A stretch of DNA of 64,000 nt from NCBI GenBank assembly GCA_038874115.1, contig JAVZDC010000002.1, forward strand, positions 39,185-103,184. The letters run 5' to 3'. Both the position numbers and the translations under genes were made by a program. The stretch comes from an archaeon. GTDB lineage: Archaea; B1Sed10-29; JAVZDC01. The notes under the pieces were generated by a model. The model made no database searches and was not told where the DNA came from. It was given only the letters and a program-made list of their open reading frames with translations. Shown here one piece after another: positions 46,255 to 55,481 of this stretch (position 1 is the stretch's first letter; every line of letters starts with the position of its first letter).

Positions 46255-47045
46255 TTTTTACCCCCTTTGAATATTATGGCCGCATAACCTACGACAGAAC
46301 TTTCTTCCCCAGTAATATCCCCGCTTGTTGCATATTTGAGTAGTTTTCCTTTTCCAGATTTTTTCAAAATATAATGCATAAGCGCCCCTACAGGACCAGG
46401 GCCACACATGCTGACATGCTCAGCCAGCTCGAATAATTTTTCAACATCCAAATTTAATATTGCTTCAATTACTTCCGAATCATTTTTTTCTGCTACTTTT
46501 TGAGGAACATAATGAGAAAAATCACTTGTTGCGATAACTACAGTATCTTTGTCTGCAATTCTAAAAATTTCTTCTCCCAATCTTCTCATAAGCTCTTTGC
46601 TTTGATTTAATATACATATGGGAACGATGGTAGCATCAGGGTTTATCCTTTGAATAAAAGGGAGTTGTACCTCTATAGAATGTTCTAAAAAATGAGCGTA
46701 TTCGTCAAGTGTGAAAACTTCGCCCAACGCTTCTGTTTTTTCTTTATTTACTTTTATTTCGCCCAAGGGTGTTTCCCATAAATCTCCAGAATAGACCGAT
46801 ATGTTTGGTCCAAAGCCACTATGGTTGGGCCCTAGCAAAATAAAACATTTTTTCTTTTCAAGTCTTGAATAAAATTCACCGGCAACCTTGCCTGAAAATT
46901 CATACCCCGCGTGGGGGACTATCCCTCCAAGAACGTCTTTCTCTTTTTTAATCTTTTTAAAGAATTCGTCAAGTTTTTCCTCCAAAGTTTCTTTATTTGC
47001 CGGGTAAAAACTACCTTTCACTGCTGGGCTCCTTTTTATCTGCAT
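46251..47045 (-). CDS. MEMO1-family protein (AmmeMemoRadiSam system protein B)
   Basis: RSPAVKGSFYP.., GGIVPHAGYEFSG, SDFSHY motifs. Confidence 0.8.
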   Translation of the reverse strand: MQIKRSPAVKGSFYPANKETLEEKLDEFFKKIKKEKDVLGGIVPHAGYEFSGKVAGEFYSRLEKKKCFILLGPNHSGFGPNISVYSGDLWETPLGEIKVNKEKTEALGEVFTLDEYAHFLEHSIEVQLPFIQRINPDATIVPICILNQSKELMRRLGEEIFRIADKDTVVIATSDFSHYVPQKVAEKNDSEVIEAILNLDVEKLFELAEHVSMCGPGPVGALMHYILKKSGKGKLLKYATSGDITGEESSVVGYAAIIFKGGKK

Positions 47046-47673
47046 TTTTGATCATTTCCAATGCTTTGGATTCAAAATCCTCTATTTTATACTTAAATTC
47101 GTCATTGTTTTTGATCATTCCTCTTTTCTTAAGTATTTCTCTAGCTAAAAGCCAATATATTAAAGCTAAAGCTTTTTTACCTTTATTGTTCGCGGGAATT
47201 ATTAAATCCATGCCTTTGACAAGATTGCTAGTATCACAAATCGATATGACTGGTATTTTTGCTTTTCCTGATTCTTTTATCGCTTGTTTATCCGTCGGTG
47301 GGTCTCCAGCAAAAATTACTTTGATGTTTTTAAAATTTTCATTTCTTGGGTTCGTCAATGTTCCAGGTACAAATCTTTCTATAATTACGTTGGCTCCAAT
47401 GCACTCAGCAAGTTTCTTTGCCGGTTTTTGAGCATAAGTTCTTCTAGCTACTATTAGTATATCTTTTGGTTCATATTGAGCTAAAAAGTTAGCCGCAATT
47501 CTAATCCTCTCATCTAATTGTGCTATGTTAAAAACACATATCCCGTCTTGTCTATATTTATATATGAATTTTCTCATGTATCCCGATTTAAATTTAGACC
47601 CTATATGTACTCCTGATTCCAAATACTTTTCTAAAGGAACTAAAGGTTGAGTAAGTTGAATTTCTTCACTCAT
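47011..47673 (-). CDS. rps2: 30S ribosomal protein S2
   Basis: YLESGVHIGSKFKSGYMRKFIYK.R.DG..V.N. AGGTG-N6-ATG 47673 preferred over GTG 47682. Confidence 0.9.
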   Translation of the reverse strand: MSEEIQLTQPLVPLEKYLESGVHIGSKFKSGYMRKFIYKYRQDGICVFNIAQLDERIRIAANFLAQYEPKDILIVARRTYAQKPAKKLAECIGANVIIERFVPGTLTNPRNENFKNIKVIFAGDPPTDKQAIKESGKAKIPVISICDTSNLVKGMDLIIPANNKGKKALALIYWLLAREILKKRGMIKNNDEFKYKIEDFESKALEMIKNADKKEPSSER

Positions 47674-47674
47674 T

Positions 47675-48871
47675 TTATACACCTTCTTTTTTCAAATATT
47701 CATTAATTCTGAGCAGCTCATTTATTTTTGCGATCCTTTCTCCACCAGATAAACTTATTTTTAAAATTGGAATTTCACACCCCACTGCAAAGTGAGCGAG
47801 AAAATTGTCTTCAGTCTCCCCTGATCTATGAGACAGTACGGGTAGATAATGATTTTTCTTAGCCATTTCCACAACTTCCATAGCACCGCTCACAGTACCT
47901 ACTTGATTAGGTTTTATTATTATTGAGTTCGCTGCTTTTGATTCTATCCCTTTTTGTAATCTATCTTTGTTTGTACAAAATAAATCATCCCCACATAAAA
48001 CAATTTTCTTAAATCTTCCAATCAAGCGCTTATGAGCATCAAAATCGTTTTGATCAAAAGGATCTTCGAGGTACGTCACTCCATATTTTTTTACATAACT
48101 TGCCAAATATTCTTCATATTCATCTATTTTCATTCTTTTTCCGTTTACAACATATTTCCCGTTTGAATAATAATTACTTGCAGCAAAATCTATCCCCAAT
48201 ACAATTTCTTTATTTTTGTATTTTGATGTGAGCAAATCATCAATAAGTTTTACACATTTTTCCTCATTTAATGATGTCACCCAAGCTCCTTCCAAATCTT
48301 TCGCTCGCATGAAGTTTTTATCTTTTTTATCCAATATCTCCCCAATTTCCTTAAATATTTCTAAATTTAATTCTAGATTTTTTTCAAATTCTTTTTCAGT
48401 AGCCATGATTAAAAATTCTTGGAATGTAGGCCCTTTAGCATGTTTCCCGCCCCCAATCACTTTACTTAACAAAAATGGTAGTTTTTTTCCAGGACCAAGA
48501 TGCCTAAACAATGGAATGCCAAGCGAATTTGCACCAGCCTTTGCAGCGGAGATTGATAATGCAGTAGAAAGTGCTCCACCTATATTTGAAAAATTTTCAG
48601 TACCATCAATCTCTTTTATTATTTTATCAAATTCAGCTATATTTTCCAAATCATGCCCAAACAATTTTCCTATGAGTTCGTTCCCTTTTCGAATTGTTTC
48701 ATCGATATTTTTCGAAAAAGGTTTAACCTCATGCTCTCCAGTGGACGTACCTAAAGGACAGCTTCCTATCCCTCGTCCTTTTGCTGTGCTAATTTCAACT
48801 TCAATTGTCCAGTCTGCTTTTGAATTCAAAACTTTTCTTACTTTAATATCAGTAATTATTGTTTCTTTCAA
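47675..48871 (-). CDS. eno: enolase
   Basis: STGEHEV, SHRSGETEDNFLAHFAVG and other enolase motifs. Track GTG 48895 lies inside tRNA-Pro; TTG 48871 is a tentative start. Confidence 0.8.
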   Translation of the reverse strand: MKETIITDIKVRKVLNSKADWTIEVEISTAKGRGIGSCPLGTSTGEHEVKPFSKNIDETIRKGNELIGKLFGHDLENIAEFDKIIKEIDGTENFSNIGGALSTALSISAAKAGANSLGIPLFRHLGPGKKLPFLLSKVIGGGKHAKGPTFQEFLIMATEKEFEKNLELNLEIFKEIGEILDKKDKNFMRAKDLEGAWVTSLNEEKCVKLIDDLLTSKYKNKEIVLGIDFAASNYYSNGKYVVNGKRMKIDEYEEYLASYVKKYGVTYLEDPFDQNDFDAHKRLIGRFKKIVLCGDDLFCTNKDRLQKGIESKAANSIIIKPNQVGTVSGAMEVVEMAKKNHYLPVLSHRSGETEDNFLAHFAVGCEIPILKISLSGGERIAKINELLRINEYLKKEGV

Positions 48872-48886
48872 TCGATCACTTTTAAG

Positions 48887-48961
48887 TGGGGTCACTGAGA
48901 TTTGAACTCAGGTCACCCGCTCCCTAAGCGGGTAGGATGGACCAGGCTACCCCATGACCCC
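48887..48961 (-). tRNA. tRNA-Pro with anticodon AGG (A34)
   Basis: Hand-folded cloverleaf GGGGUCA/UGACCCC+A with U8, A14, G18G19, A21, anticodon stem CCCGC/GCGGG, loop UUAGGGA and T-loop UUCAAAU. Confidence 0.85.
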
Positions 48962-49150
48962 TTAATCATAAACTACGATCTCCGGATATAAATCAATATG
49001 CCCTAAAAGCATTCTTCGGCAGCAATACCTAGTCAACCCGAGTTCATCCAAAACTTCCACTTTCGGTTTCTTCTGAATTTTCTCCAAATATTCTTCCCAC
49101 AAATGACCAATTGGCTTTCCACAGGAAAAGCAACGTACCGGGATTATCAA
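48962..49150 (-). CDS. rpoN: DNA-directed RNA polymerase subunit Rpo10 (N)
   Basis: IIPVRCFSCGKPIG..YCCRRM. AGGTGA-N5-TTG 49150 preferred over GTG 49159. Confidence 0.9.
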   Translation of the reverse strand: MIIPVRCFSCGKPIGHLWEEYLEKIQKKPKVEVLDELGLTRYCCRRMLLGHIDLYPEIVVYD

Positions 49151-49155
49151 TTCTT

Positions 49156-49569
49156 TCACCTATATGATTTAGTTGGTTTAGCTCTCGCCCCTTTCCTCAA
49201 ATATTTCTTTGGTTCTTTTCTACGAGTATCACTTACAAATAAGTTTCTATTGTATTCATTAAATACTTTTTTCAATTCTTCACTTTCCGTCCATTCCAAT
49301 AATGCTGCTCCTATCGCCGTGCGAGCTGCGTAAGCTTGACTCATCACTCCCCCGCCGCTAACATTTACTTTAATATCAAGGCTTTCCAAAGTCGGAACCA
49401 CGAAATTTGCTAAAATTATTGGTTCTCTTATTATTTCTTGAATTAATGGAGAATATGCGGAAATATTTTTCCCGTTTATGGTTATTGTGTTTTCACCTTT
49501 TCTTATTCTCGCTCTAGCAACAGCAGTCTTTTTCTTACCAGTCCCTATCACGATTTTTTCTTTTTTCAT
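49156..49569 (-). CDS. rps9: 30S ribosomal protein S9
   Basis: GKKKTAVARA...GGG.MSQA.A.R.AI..AL...C-terminal KSYR. Confidence 0.9.
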   Translation of the reverse strand: MKKEKIVIGTGKKKTAVARARIRKGENTITINGKNISAYSPLIQEIIREPIILANFVVPTLESLDIKVNVSGGGVMSQAYAARTAIGAALLEWTESEELKKVFNEYNRNLFVSDTRRKEPKKYLRKGARAKPTKSYR

Positions 49570-49982
49570 TCAATATCACCAGTCCAACCAAGGGCTCTAC
49601 AAATATTTAAAACAGTTATATTTTTTTTATTTTCTGGGCAAATAAATATTTTTTTCGGGTTTTCTTTTAAATCTTTATGACCCATGAATACTTTAATTCT
49701 TTTTTGAGCTTCCTTTCCTCTTTTAGACCTTGGGAGCATTCCAGATATGATTTTTGATACAAATAAATCAGGTCTTCTAGATCTTGAAGGACTATGCTCC
49801 GGTTTTGCAATGTTTTTTATTGAAAACCTTTGCCTATATTTATTTATAACCATTTCCGGATCTCCAGTTATTACTGCTTTTTCTACATTGATTAACCATA
49901 CTTGTTTCCCTTCTAATGCTTCTTTTGCCACTCTTGATGCAACACGACCTAGAATACATCCTTCAAGATCAAATACAACCAC
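49566..49982 (-). CDS. rpl13: 50S ribosomal protein L13
   Basis: VVFDLEGCILGRVASRVAKEAL. AGGTGA-N5-GTG 49982 preferred over 49991. Confidence 0.9.
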   Translation of the reverse strand: MVVFDLEGCILGRVASRVAKEALEGKQVWLINVEKAVITGDPEMVINKYRQRFSIKNIAKPEHSPSRSRRPDLFVSKIISGMLPRSKRGKEAQKRIKVFMGHKDLKENPKKIFICPENKKNITVLNICRALGWTGDIE

Positions 49983-49992
49983 GCGATTCACC

Positions 49993-50316
49993 TTATTTCA
50001 ATATTATTAAATCAACATCTTTTTTATTTTTCTCGAAAAAATCTTTAATTAAAATTGCATTATCCCCAAGTTTTTGTTTAGCGGATTTTGAAAATCTCCA
50101 AGCAATAACAGTTACTTTATGACCCAGCTCCCCGCTTCCTAAAACAACACCAGGCACTATGGCTCTATCCCCCTCTTTAGTGTATTTATTTATTTTCCAA
50201 ATATTAACTTCCACTTTTCCTTTCTCTAATTCATCCGCTATTTTATTCCAAAATCTACTTTTCTCTTTTCTCATAGCTTCTATTAATTTTATCAAATTTA
50301 TGTTTGTGGTAGCCAA
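49993..50316 (-). CDS. rpl18e: 50S ribosomal protein L18e
   Basis: TNINLIKLIE..VNIWKINKY..IVPGVVLGSGEL.HKVTV.A..FS. TTG start after AGGTGA-N5. Confidence 0.85.
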   Translation of the reverse strand: MATTNINLIKLIEAMRKEKSRFWNKIADELEKGKVEVNIWKINKYTKEGDRAIVPGVVLGSGELGHKVTVIAWRFSKSAKQKLGDNAILIKDFFEKNKKDVDLIILK

Positions 50317-50333
50317 TTATCTCACCTGCTAAA

Positions 50334-50417
50334 TGCAGGGGGCGCGATTCGAACGCGCGCAGGGACTAACCCACAGGAGCCTCAGTCCTGCGCCTTTGGC
50401 CACTCGGCAACCCCTGC
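50334..50417 (-). tRNA. tRNA-Leu (anticodon GAG)
   Basis: 84 nt, GCAGGGG/CCCCUGC+A, anticodon loop CUGAGGC, long variable arm. Confidence 0.9.
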
Positions 50418-50419
50418 AC

Positions 50420-51166
50420 TCATTCTTTTTCAATTTTCGCGCTCGCTTTCTCTGCAAGTATTTTTAAACCCTCTTTCAATAGATCCTTTGGAGGAATATT
50501 ATTGTAAGATTCCAAGGTAAATAGGAATTCTTCATCCGAATATTTTAACTGAGCACCAAATTGCTCGCATTTTTTACATCCTATACATTTCCATTCATCA
50601 AAGACTATTTCATTGTTTTTCCAAGTTAAAGCTTTCTTAGGGCATATATCCACTATTTTTTTGTCAACATTTTTTGGGATCTCTAGAATAGGTTTTGCCC
50701 GATAAGTGGCATAACAACATTGGAATTTAGCATGATCCTTAGCAATTCCGAGTATTGCTTTTCCTTCTATCCTAAGTTTTTGTTTTTCCTTTAAATGTAT
50801 TATAGGAATCTTTTTTTCAGCTACTGCCGCGTTTTGATTTTTTGATTTCAAAGATTTTGAATATATCATTCCTGGCCCTTCAACATCTAAAACAAATATC
50901 GCCGCACATTTTTCACATTGGCCATCGCAACAATCTTTCGCAAACTTAAATTTTTTAGGATTTGCTTCCAAAGGTATAAGGCCAAGCCTGTGCGCAATAA
51001 ACTCATCAGTAAAGGAACTACTATTTTCGTAAATATCCACCTCATCAATAGCCAAGGTAGGAATTTCTGAAAGCAGAGTTCTTCGCAATGCATTTGCAAA
51101 TGCGTAGTTGGCTTTTAAAACAAATGTAAGAATATTTCCATTCTCTTTTTTATCATATATTTCCAT
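50420..51166 (-). CDS. rpoD: DNA-directed RNA polymerase subunit Rpo3 (D)
   Basis: FANALRRTLLSEIPTLAIDEV.IYENSS...DEFIAHRLGLIPL plus a Cys-rich ferredoxin-like insert. Confidence 0.9.
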   Translation of the reverse strand: MEIYDKKENGNILTFVLKANYAFANALRRTLLSEIPTLAIDEVDIYENSSSFTDEFIAHRLGLIPLEANPKKFKFAKDCCDGQCEKCAAIFVLDVEGPGMIYSKSLKSKNQNAAVAEKKIPIIHLKEKQKLRIEGKAILGIAKDHAKFQCCYATYRAKPILEIPKNVDKKIVDICPKKALTWKNNEIVFDEWKCIGCKKCEQFGAQLKYSDEEFLFTLESYNNIPPKDLLKEGLKILAEKASAKIEKE

Positions 51167-51168
51167 TA

Positions 51169-51558
51169 TTACACCCTTCTTCCTCTTTTCCCACCTGGTC
51201 TTCTTGTTCTATCGTGAGGGATGGGAGTAACATCCTCGATTCTACCTATTTTTAATCCACTTCTAGCTAAGGCTCTTATTGCTGCCTGTGCACCAGGGCC
51301 AGGTATCTGAGATAAATGTCCACCTGGCGCTCTAACTTGGATATGAACCCCAACCAAGCCCCTTTCTAAAGCTTGACTTGCTGCTTTTTGTGCAGCAGTA
51401 GCAGCGGCATAAGGTGTTCCTTCTTTTCTGTCCGCATCCACAACCATTCCCCCAGAGCATTTGGCTATAGTTTCTGCTCCGGTTATGTCTGTTATCGTTA
51501 TTATAGTGTTGTTTTTCGATGAAAAAATATGAGCTATACCCCACTTTTCTCCAGCCAT
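51169..51558 (-). CDS. rps11: 30S ribosomal protein S11
   Basis: [40 protein letters not shown] 51558 preferred over GTG 51567. Confidence 0.9.
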   Translation of the reverse strand: MAGEKWGIAHIFSSKNNTIITITDITGAETIAKCSGGMVVDADRKEGTPYAAATAAQKAASQALERGLVGVHIQVRAPGGHLSQIPGPGAQAAIRALARSGLKIGRIEDVTPIPHDRTRRPGGKRGRRV

Positions 51559-51559
51559 C

Positions 51560-52111
51560 TTATTCACCTTTAGCTTCTACATTCTCTTCTTTTTTCTCTA
51601 AACCCTCAGCGCTTAGTTGTTTTTGTGTAACTACGATAGGACTTTTTCTCCAATCAATCATTTTTTCTTCATCTATTGTTATCAATCTGCCTGGAGATGT
51701 AACTTTTTGACCATTTAGAGCAATGTGCCCATGAGTTATGAATTGTCTTGCTTGTCTCGGTGTTGAGGCTAACCCCTTTTTCCATACGATCGTTTGTAAT
51801 CTGCGACTTAACACATCTCTTACAGTTATCGAAAGTACATCATCTAATTTAGCATTTTTCTTTATCAATCCATACTTTTCCAATTTATTCAATAAAACTT
51901 TTTCTTTCTCCAATCTTTCTTCTTTACTTAAACCTATCAAAGTTTTAGCAATTCTTAAATACTTCGAAAGTAATGCTTTCGCTATCCATATTTCTCTTTT
52001 ATTCTTAAGCCCAAATTCTTTTACGAGTTTGTTTTCCTGAATAATTCTATCTTTTTGCCAAGGATGCTTCGGAGTTGAATATTTTTTTCTAAGTCTTCTC
52101 GGGTGGCCCAT
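51560..52111 (-). CDS. rps4: 30S ribosomal protein S4
   Basis: [18 protein letters not shown].. and an S4 RNA-binding domain. Confidence 0.9.
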   Translation of the reverse strand: MGHPRRLRKKYSTPKHPWQKDRIIQENKLVKEFGLKNKREIWIAKALLSKYLRIAKTLIGLSKEERLEKEKVLLNKLEKYGLIKKNAKLDDVLSITVRDVLSRRLQTIVWKKGLASTPRQARQFITHGHIALNGQKVTSPGRLITIDEEKMIDWRKSPIVVTQKQLSAEGLEKKEENVEAKGE

Positions 52112-52115
52112 TTAA

Positions 52116-52610
52116 TCACTTTTTACTTTCAGATTTTGCAGCTTTTTTAGGAGTCTCTTTTTTCTTCTTTACTCCAACTGTCAATCCTTTTCTACCAGTA
52201 GTTCTAGTCCTTTGTCCTCTTACTGATAGACCAAGCATGTGTCTTATGCCTCGTCTGCTTTTTATATTTTTCTCAAAATCAATGGTTTGTTTAGTTCTCA
52301 AGTCTAAAGCAGGCCCAAGCAAATGTTCAGTTTTTCCAGTCCATAGATCTTTTCTTCGGTTAAGCAAATATTCAGGTAAACCGTATTTGGTTGGATTATA
52401 AATGATATCTTTTACTTTTTCTAATTGTTCATCTGAAAGAGCACCAAGAGGGGTATCTTCAGAAATTTGAAGTTCTCTTGCAATTACTCTTGAAAATATC
52501 GTAGCCAGGTTAATCCCAATTCCTTTTATTCTATATAAGGCTCTAGGTAATGGTAAGTGGCCATTGATATCTTTTTCTGCAAGCCTAACTATTCCTTTTA
52601 TTTCTTCCAT
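52116..52610 (-). CDS. rps13: 30S ribosomal protein S13
   Basis: IVRLAEKDING..AL..IKGIG...A; basic C-terminus. Confidence 0.9.
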   Translation of the reverse strand: MEEIKGIVRLAEKDINGHLPLPRALYRIKGIGINLATIFSRVIARELQISEDTPLGALSDEQLEKVKDIIYNPTKYGLPEYLLNRRKDLWTGKTEHLLGPALDLRTKQTIDFEKNIKSRRGIRHMLGLSVRGQRTRTTGRKGLTVGVKKKKETPKKAAKSESKK

Positions 52611-52708
52611 TAATTCACCTTAGCAATAGATAATTTGGCTGCAGGTCATAGCTCTAAGCTCGCCAAATCTAATTTTAAAATTATTCTTTATTTTTCTTTA
52701 GAAGAGCT

Positions 52709-52716
52709 TATTTAAA
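52709..52716 (-). promoter_or_regulatory. TATA box of the rps13 operon promoter
   Basis: Minus-strand cGAAAGatATTTAAATAag (BRE-like plus TATA) about 100 nt upstream of the rps13 ATG. Confidence 0.45.
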
Positions 52717-52744
52717 TATCTTTCGCTATTTCTCGGGAAGCCTC

Positions 52745-53482
52745 TTACTCTAATTTTATTTTTTCAATCTTATCTTTCAATTCTCTATATCTCGGATAAT
52801 TCTTTACTTCTTTTTCTTTCAAAAAGTATATTTTAAGATATGCTTTCAAATACCTGACCGTTGCTTTCAAATAACCTTCTTTTTTAAATCTGCGAGTGGA
52901 AGTATACACTTTCAACTTCGGGTCAAAAATCACTTTTCCTTCTTTTTTTATTCTATTTGGCAATTCATTATCTTCCAAGTATTCTAATTTTTCAGAAAAA
53001 CCTCCAACTTTTAAGAAAGCACTTTTTAAAAAACTTTGGTTAGAGCCTTGGAATGCGTAAAACCCAAATTTTGACAATATTTTTGGAACAAGATTTGTAG
53101 ATAAATAAAACAAGGTCTTGTCTTTTAAATTGCCTTCTTTTGGAAGTACAGGCCCTCCAACACATACTACTTTTTTGTTTTGGAAGTTTTTTTCTATTCT
53201 TTCTATCCAAGCAGGATCAACTTCAGAATCGGCATCCGTAAAAGCCAAAATATCTCCTTTACTTATTTTAGCCCCAGTGTTTTTTGCAGCAGCTATACTT
53301 TTCTTCTTTTCTATAATTACTTTGGCTCCATTTTTCTTTGCGATCTCTCTTGTTTTATCTTTACTCTCTCCATCGACAACCATAATTTCAAAAGGTTTTT
53401 TCTTTTGGCTTTTTATGCTTTGGAGACACTTTTCCAAAGTTTTTTCTTCATTTAACGTGGGGATTATTACAGAAATTTTCAT
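52745..53482 (-). CDS. family 2 glycosyltransferase
   Basis: MKISVIIPTLNEEKTLEKCLQS.., VVDGESKD, FTDADS (DxD). Confidence 0.8.
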   Translation of the reverse strand: MKISVIIPTLNEEKTLEKCLQSIKSQKKKPFEIMVVDGESKDKTREIAKKNGAKVIIEKKKSIAAAKNTGAKISKGDILAFTDADSEVDPAWIERIEKNFQNKKVVCVGGPVLPKEGNLKDKTLFYLSTNLVPKILSKFGFYAFQGSNQSFLKSAFLKVGGFSEKLEYLEDNELPNRIKKEGKVIFDPKLKVYTSTRRFKKEGYLKATVRYLKAYLKIYFLKEKEVKNYPRYRELKDKIEKIKLE

Positions 53483-53504
53483 AATAAAAATAAAAAAATA
53501 AGGT

Positions 53505-53888
53505 TTATTTACTTACGCCTAAGTCCCAAATTTCTTTTATTGCTATAATTACTGCAGCAGGGACTGCGAGCAAGGCCATGTATTGAGTGATGTTTGCCAG
53601 GTAAATTCCAATAAATGGAATTTGTTTAGCTATTATTTCTCCGCCAACTCCAGTTACCATCAAGGCTACTGCTGCAACCAAAAACCTGGAAGTTTCTTGC
53701 TTTGTGATCGTTCCGTAACCCATTACGCTTAGAAGCCCTGAAATCAACCCAATTACAGGCAGAACTGTTAAAATTAGCGAGTTATTCATCGCCACAATGC
53801 CCGCAATTATGGCTACTACCATTCCGAATAAGAAAGTGTAGCTTCCAAGCGCTTTAAAGACATTTTCAGAGGCTCGTTTAGGTGTCAA
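53505..53888 (-). CDS. small 4-TM membrane protein, function unknown
   Basis: 127 aa with four hydrophobic helices. Strong GGAGGTGG SD then TTG 53888. Sits upstream of the GT2 gene. Confidence 0.55.
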   Translation of the reverse strand: MTPKRASENVFKALGSYTFLFGMVVAIIAGIVAMNNSLILTVLPVIGLISGLLSVMGYGTITKQETSRFLVAAVALMVTGVGGEIIAKQIPFIGIYLANITQYMALLAVPAAVIIAIKEIWDLGVSK

Positions 53889-54251
53889 AGAACCACCTCC
53901 AATGAAAAATAAATCGCTAATTATTTAAAAAAGTATCGTTGTAATTTTCGTCTTTTGTTGAAATTTTAATCTCTTTAAAATATTAATAAACACCTCTCTA
54001 GAAAAAATACGAGCAATCTTTTAAGAACGTCTGCTAAAAAATTCGCTGAAAAATGTTTTTCTTTTTATAAATTCAGAAGTTTCTTTTGAAAGAAAAAATA
54101 CCCCGAATACATGCAGATTCTTTTTTTACACATATAAGAACATAAAAAATTATTGTAGAACTTATAAAGAACAAACCCTTCGATAAAACTTAATTTTTTA
54201 ATATTTCTTTACGTGAGAGTATTTATAAATCGAATTTTTTAAGGTAGTTAA

Positions 54252-55475
54252 ATGTCTGGTAAGCTTGAAGAAATAAGAAAATTGAGTAAAAATATCGTAA
54301 AAGAAACACGTTCAAAAAATAAAGAACTTGTAGAGGAAATAAAGAAATTACGAGAGTTAAACGAATATGTGGAGTTTGCGCAAGGGCTTCAAAAAACGTT
54401 AGAAGAAAAATCGAGGGAAAGAAGGGAAAAGATCATCGAAAGTCTGAATTTCTTAGTAAATTCTATAGATGATTTGCTTGAAAGAGCCAAGAGTTACAAT
54501 AGGGAGCTACGTGAAAATCCAAATTTTCCGAAAATAAAAAAAGCATTGGAAGAGTTTGCAGAAGAATTTGGTTTAAAGAAAGAAAAAATACCTGAGATAA
54601 TTGAAAAAGGAAGCATAGTTACGGAATCTGAAGAAGAAATATTTCCTGCGCACGATTTAAGATATCCTTTGGGCATAGTTGTTGCACATCTCAGATATGT
54701 TGATTACTTGCCAAAACTTAAAGAAAAGATTAAGAAAAAAATAAATGAACTTCAAGAAACTGACCTTTTATTCGACCCTAAATGGATTATGGATCTTAAG
54801 AGAAATATAAGGAGTGTAACATACGCTTATAATCTTTGTAAGGGGAAAAAACTTGCAGAAGACATTCGGAATGCTTTAAACGAGAAGAATGTTCTAAACA
54901 GGCCAATCGAAGTTATTTCTCATAAACAAGGAGCTCACAGAGCCCTGTCGAATGGATGGCTTCTTATAGAGTTAGACCCAGTAAACTATGATTTAGCGCA
55001 TCAACTGGTTCATGAGCTGACGCATGCTGCTTTAACAGATGAATTGGGCTGGGATACGGCTATGAAAGTCTTTGGTGTTAGCGAAGCATTGGCCTTTTTG
55101 CAAGAAAAGCATTTACTTAAAGATAATATTAAAAAAGTATACCCTAAATTAACAAAAATGCCAGACGAAGAACTTCTTAAGCAACTTCTTAGACCAAAGT
55201 CCGATTCTAAAAATGTTCCAAATCAAGAACTGATAGAAAGACCGGATTTCTTGCCACCAAAGAGAATAACTCACAAAAAAATAACCGAATCTTTTCATCA
55301 ATCTGGAGATAAAATTATTGATGTTTTGATCGAAGAAGGACTCTTTTCACCGGATGATGTTCTCAAATACTTGAAGAAAATGAAAGAGGATGGGAAATTT
55401 CCGGAAAATGATGAAGAGTTTATAGAAAGGTTAAGAGAATACAGGAAAAAAGAAAGAGAAGGGCAGAAAAGTTAA
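54252..55475 (+). CDS. hypothetical cytosolic protein with HExxH zincin-like motif
   Basis: 407 aa with K/E-rich coiled-coil N-terminus. LAHQLVHELTHAAL (HExxH), then GVSEALAFLQE about 20 aa later (possible third ligand Glu). Only plus-strand gene in 25.6-64 kb. Confidence 0.6.
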   Translation: MSGKLEEIRKLSKNIVKETRSKNKELVEEIKKLRELNEYVEFAQGLQKTLEEKSRERREKIIESLNFLVNSIDDLLERAKSYNRELRENPNFPKIKKALEEFAEEFGLKKEKIPEIIEKGSIVTESEEEIFPAHDLRYPLGIVVAHLRYVDYLPKLKEKIKKKINELQETDLLFDPKWIMDLKRNIRSVTYAYNLCKGKKLAEDIRNALNEKNVLNRPIEVISHKQGAHRALSNGWLLIELDPVNYDLAHQLVHELTHAALTDELGWDTAMKVFGVSEALAFLQEKHLLKDNIKKVYPKLTKMPDEELLKQLLRPKSDSKNVPNQELIERPDFLPPKRITHKKITESFHQSGDKIIDVLIEEGLFSPDDVLKYLKKMKEDGKFPENDEEFIERLREYRKKEREGQKS

Positions 55476-55481
55476 GAACAA

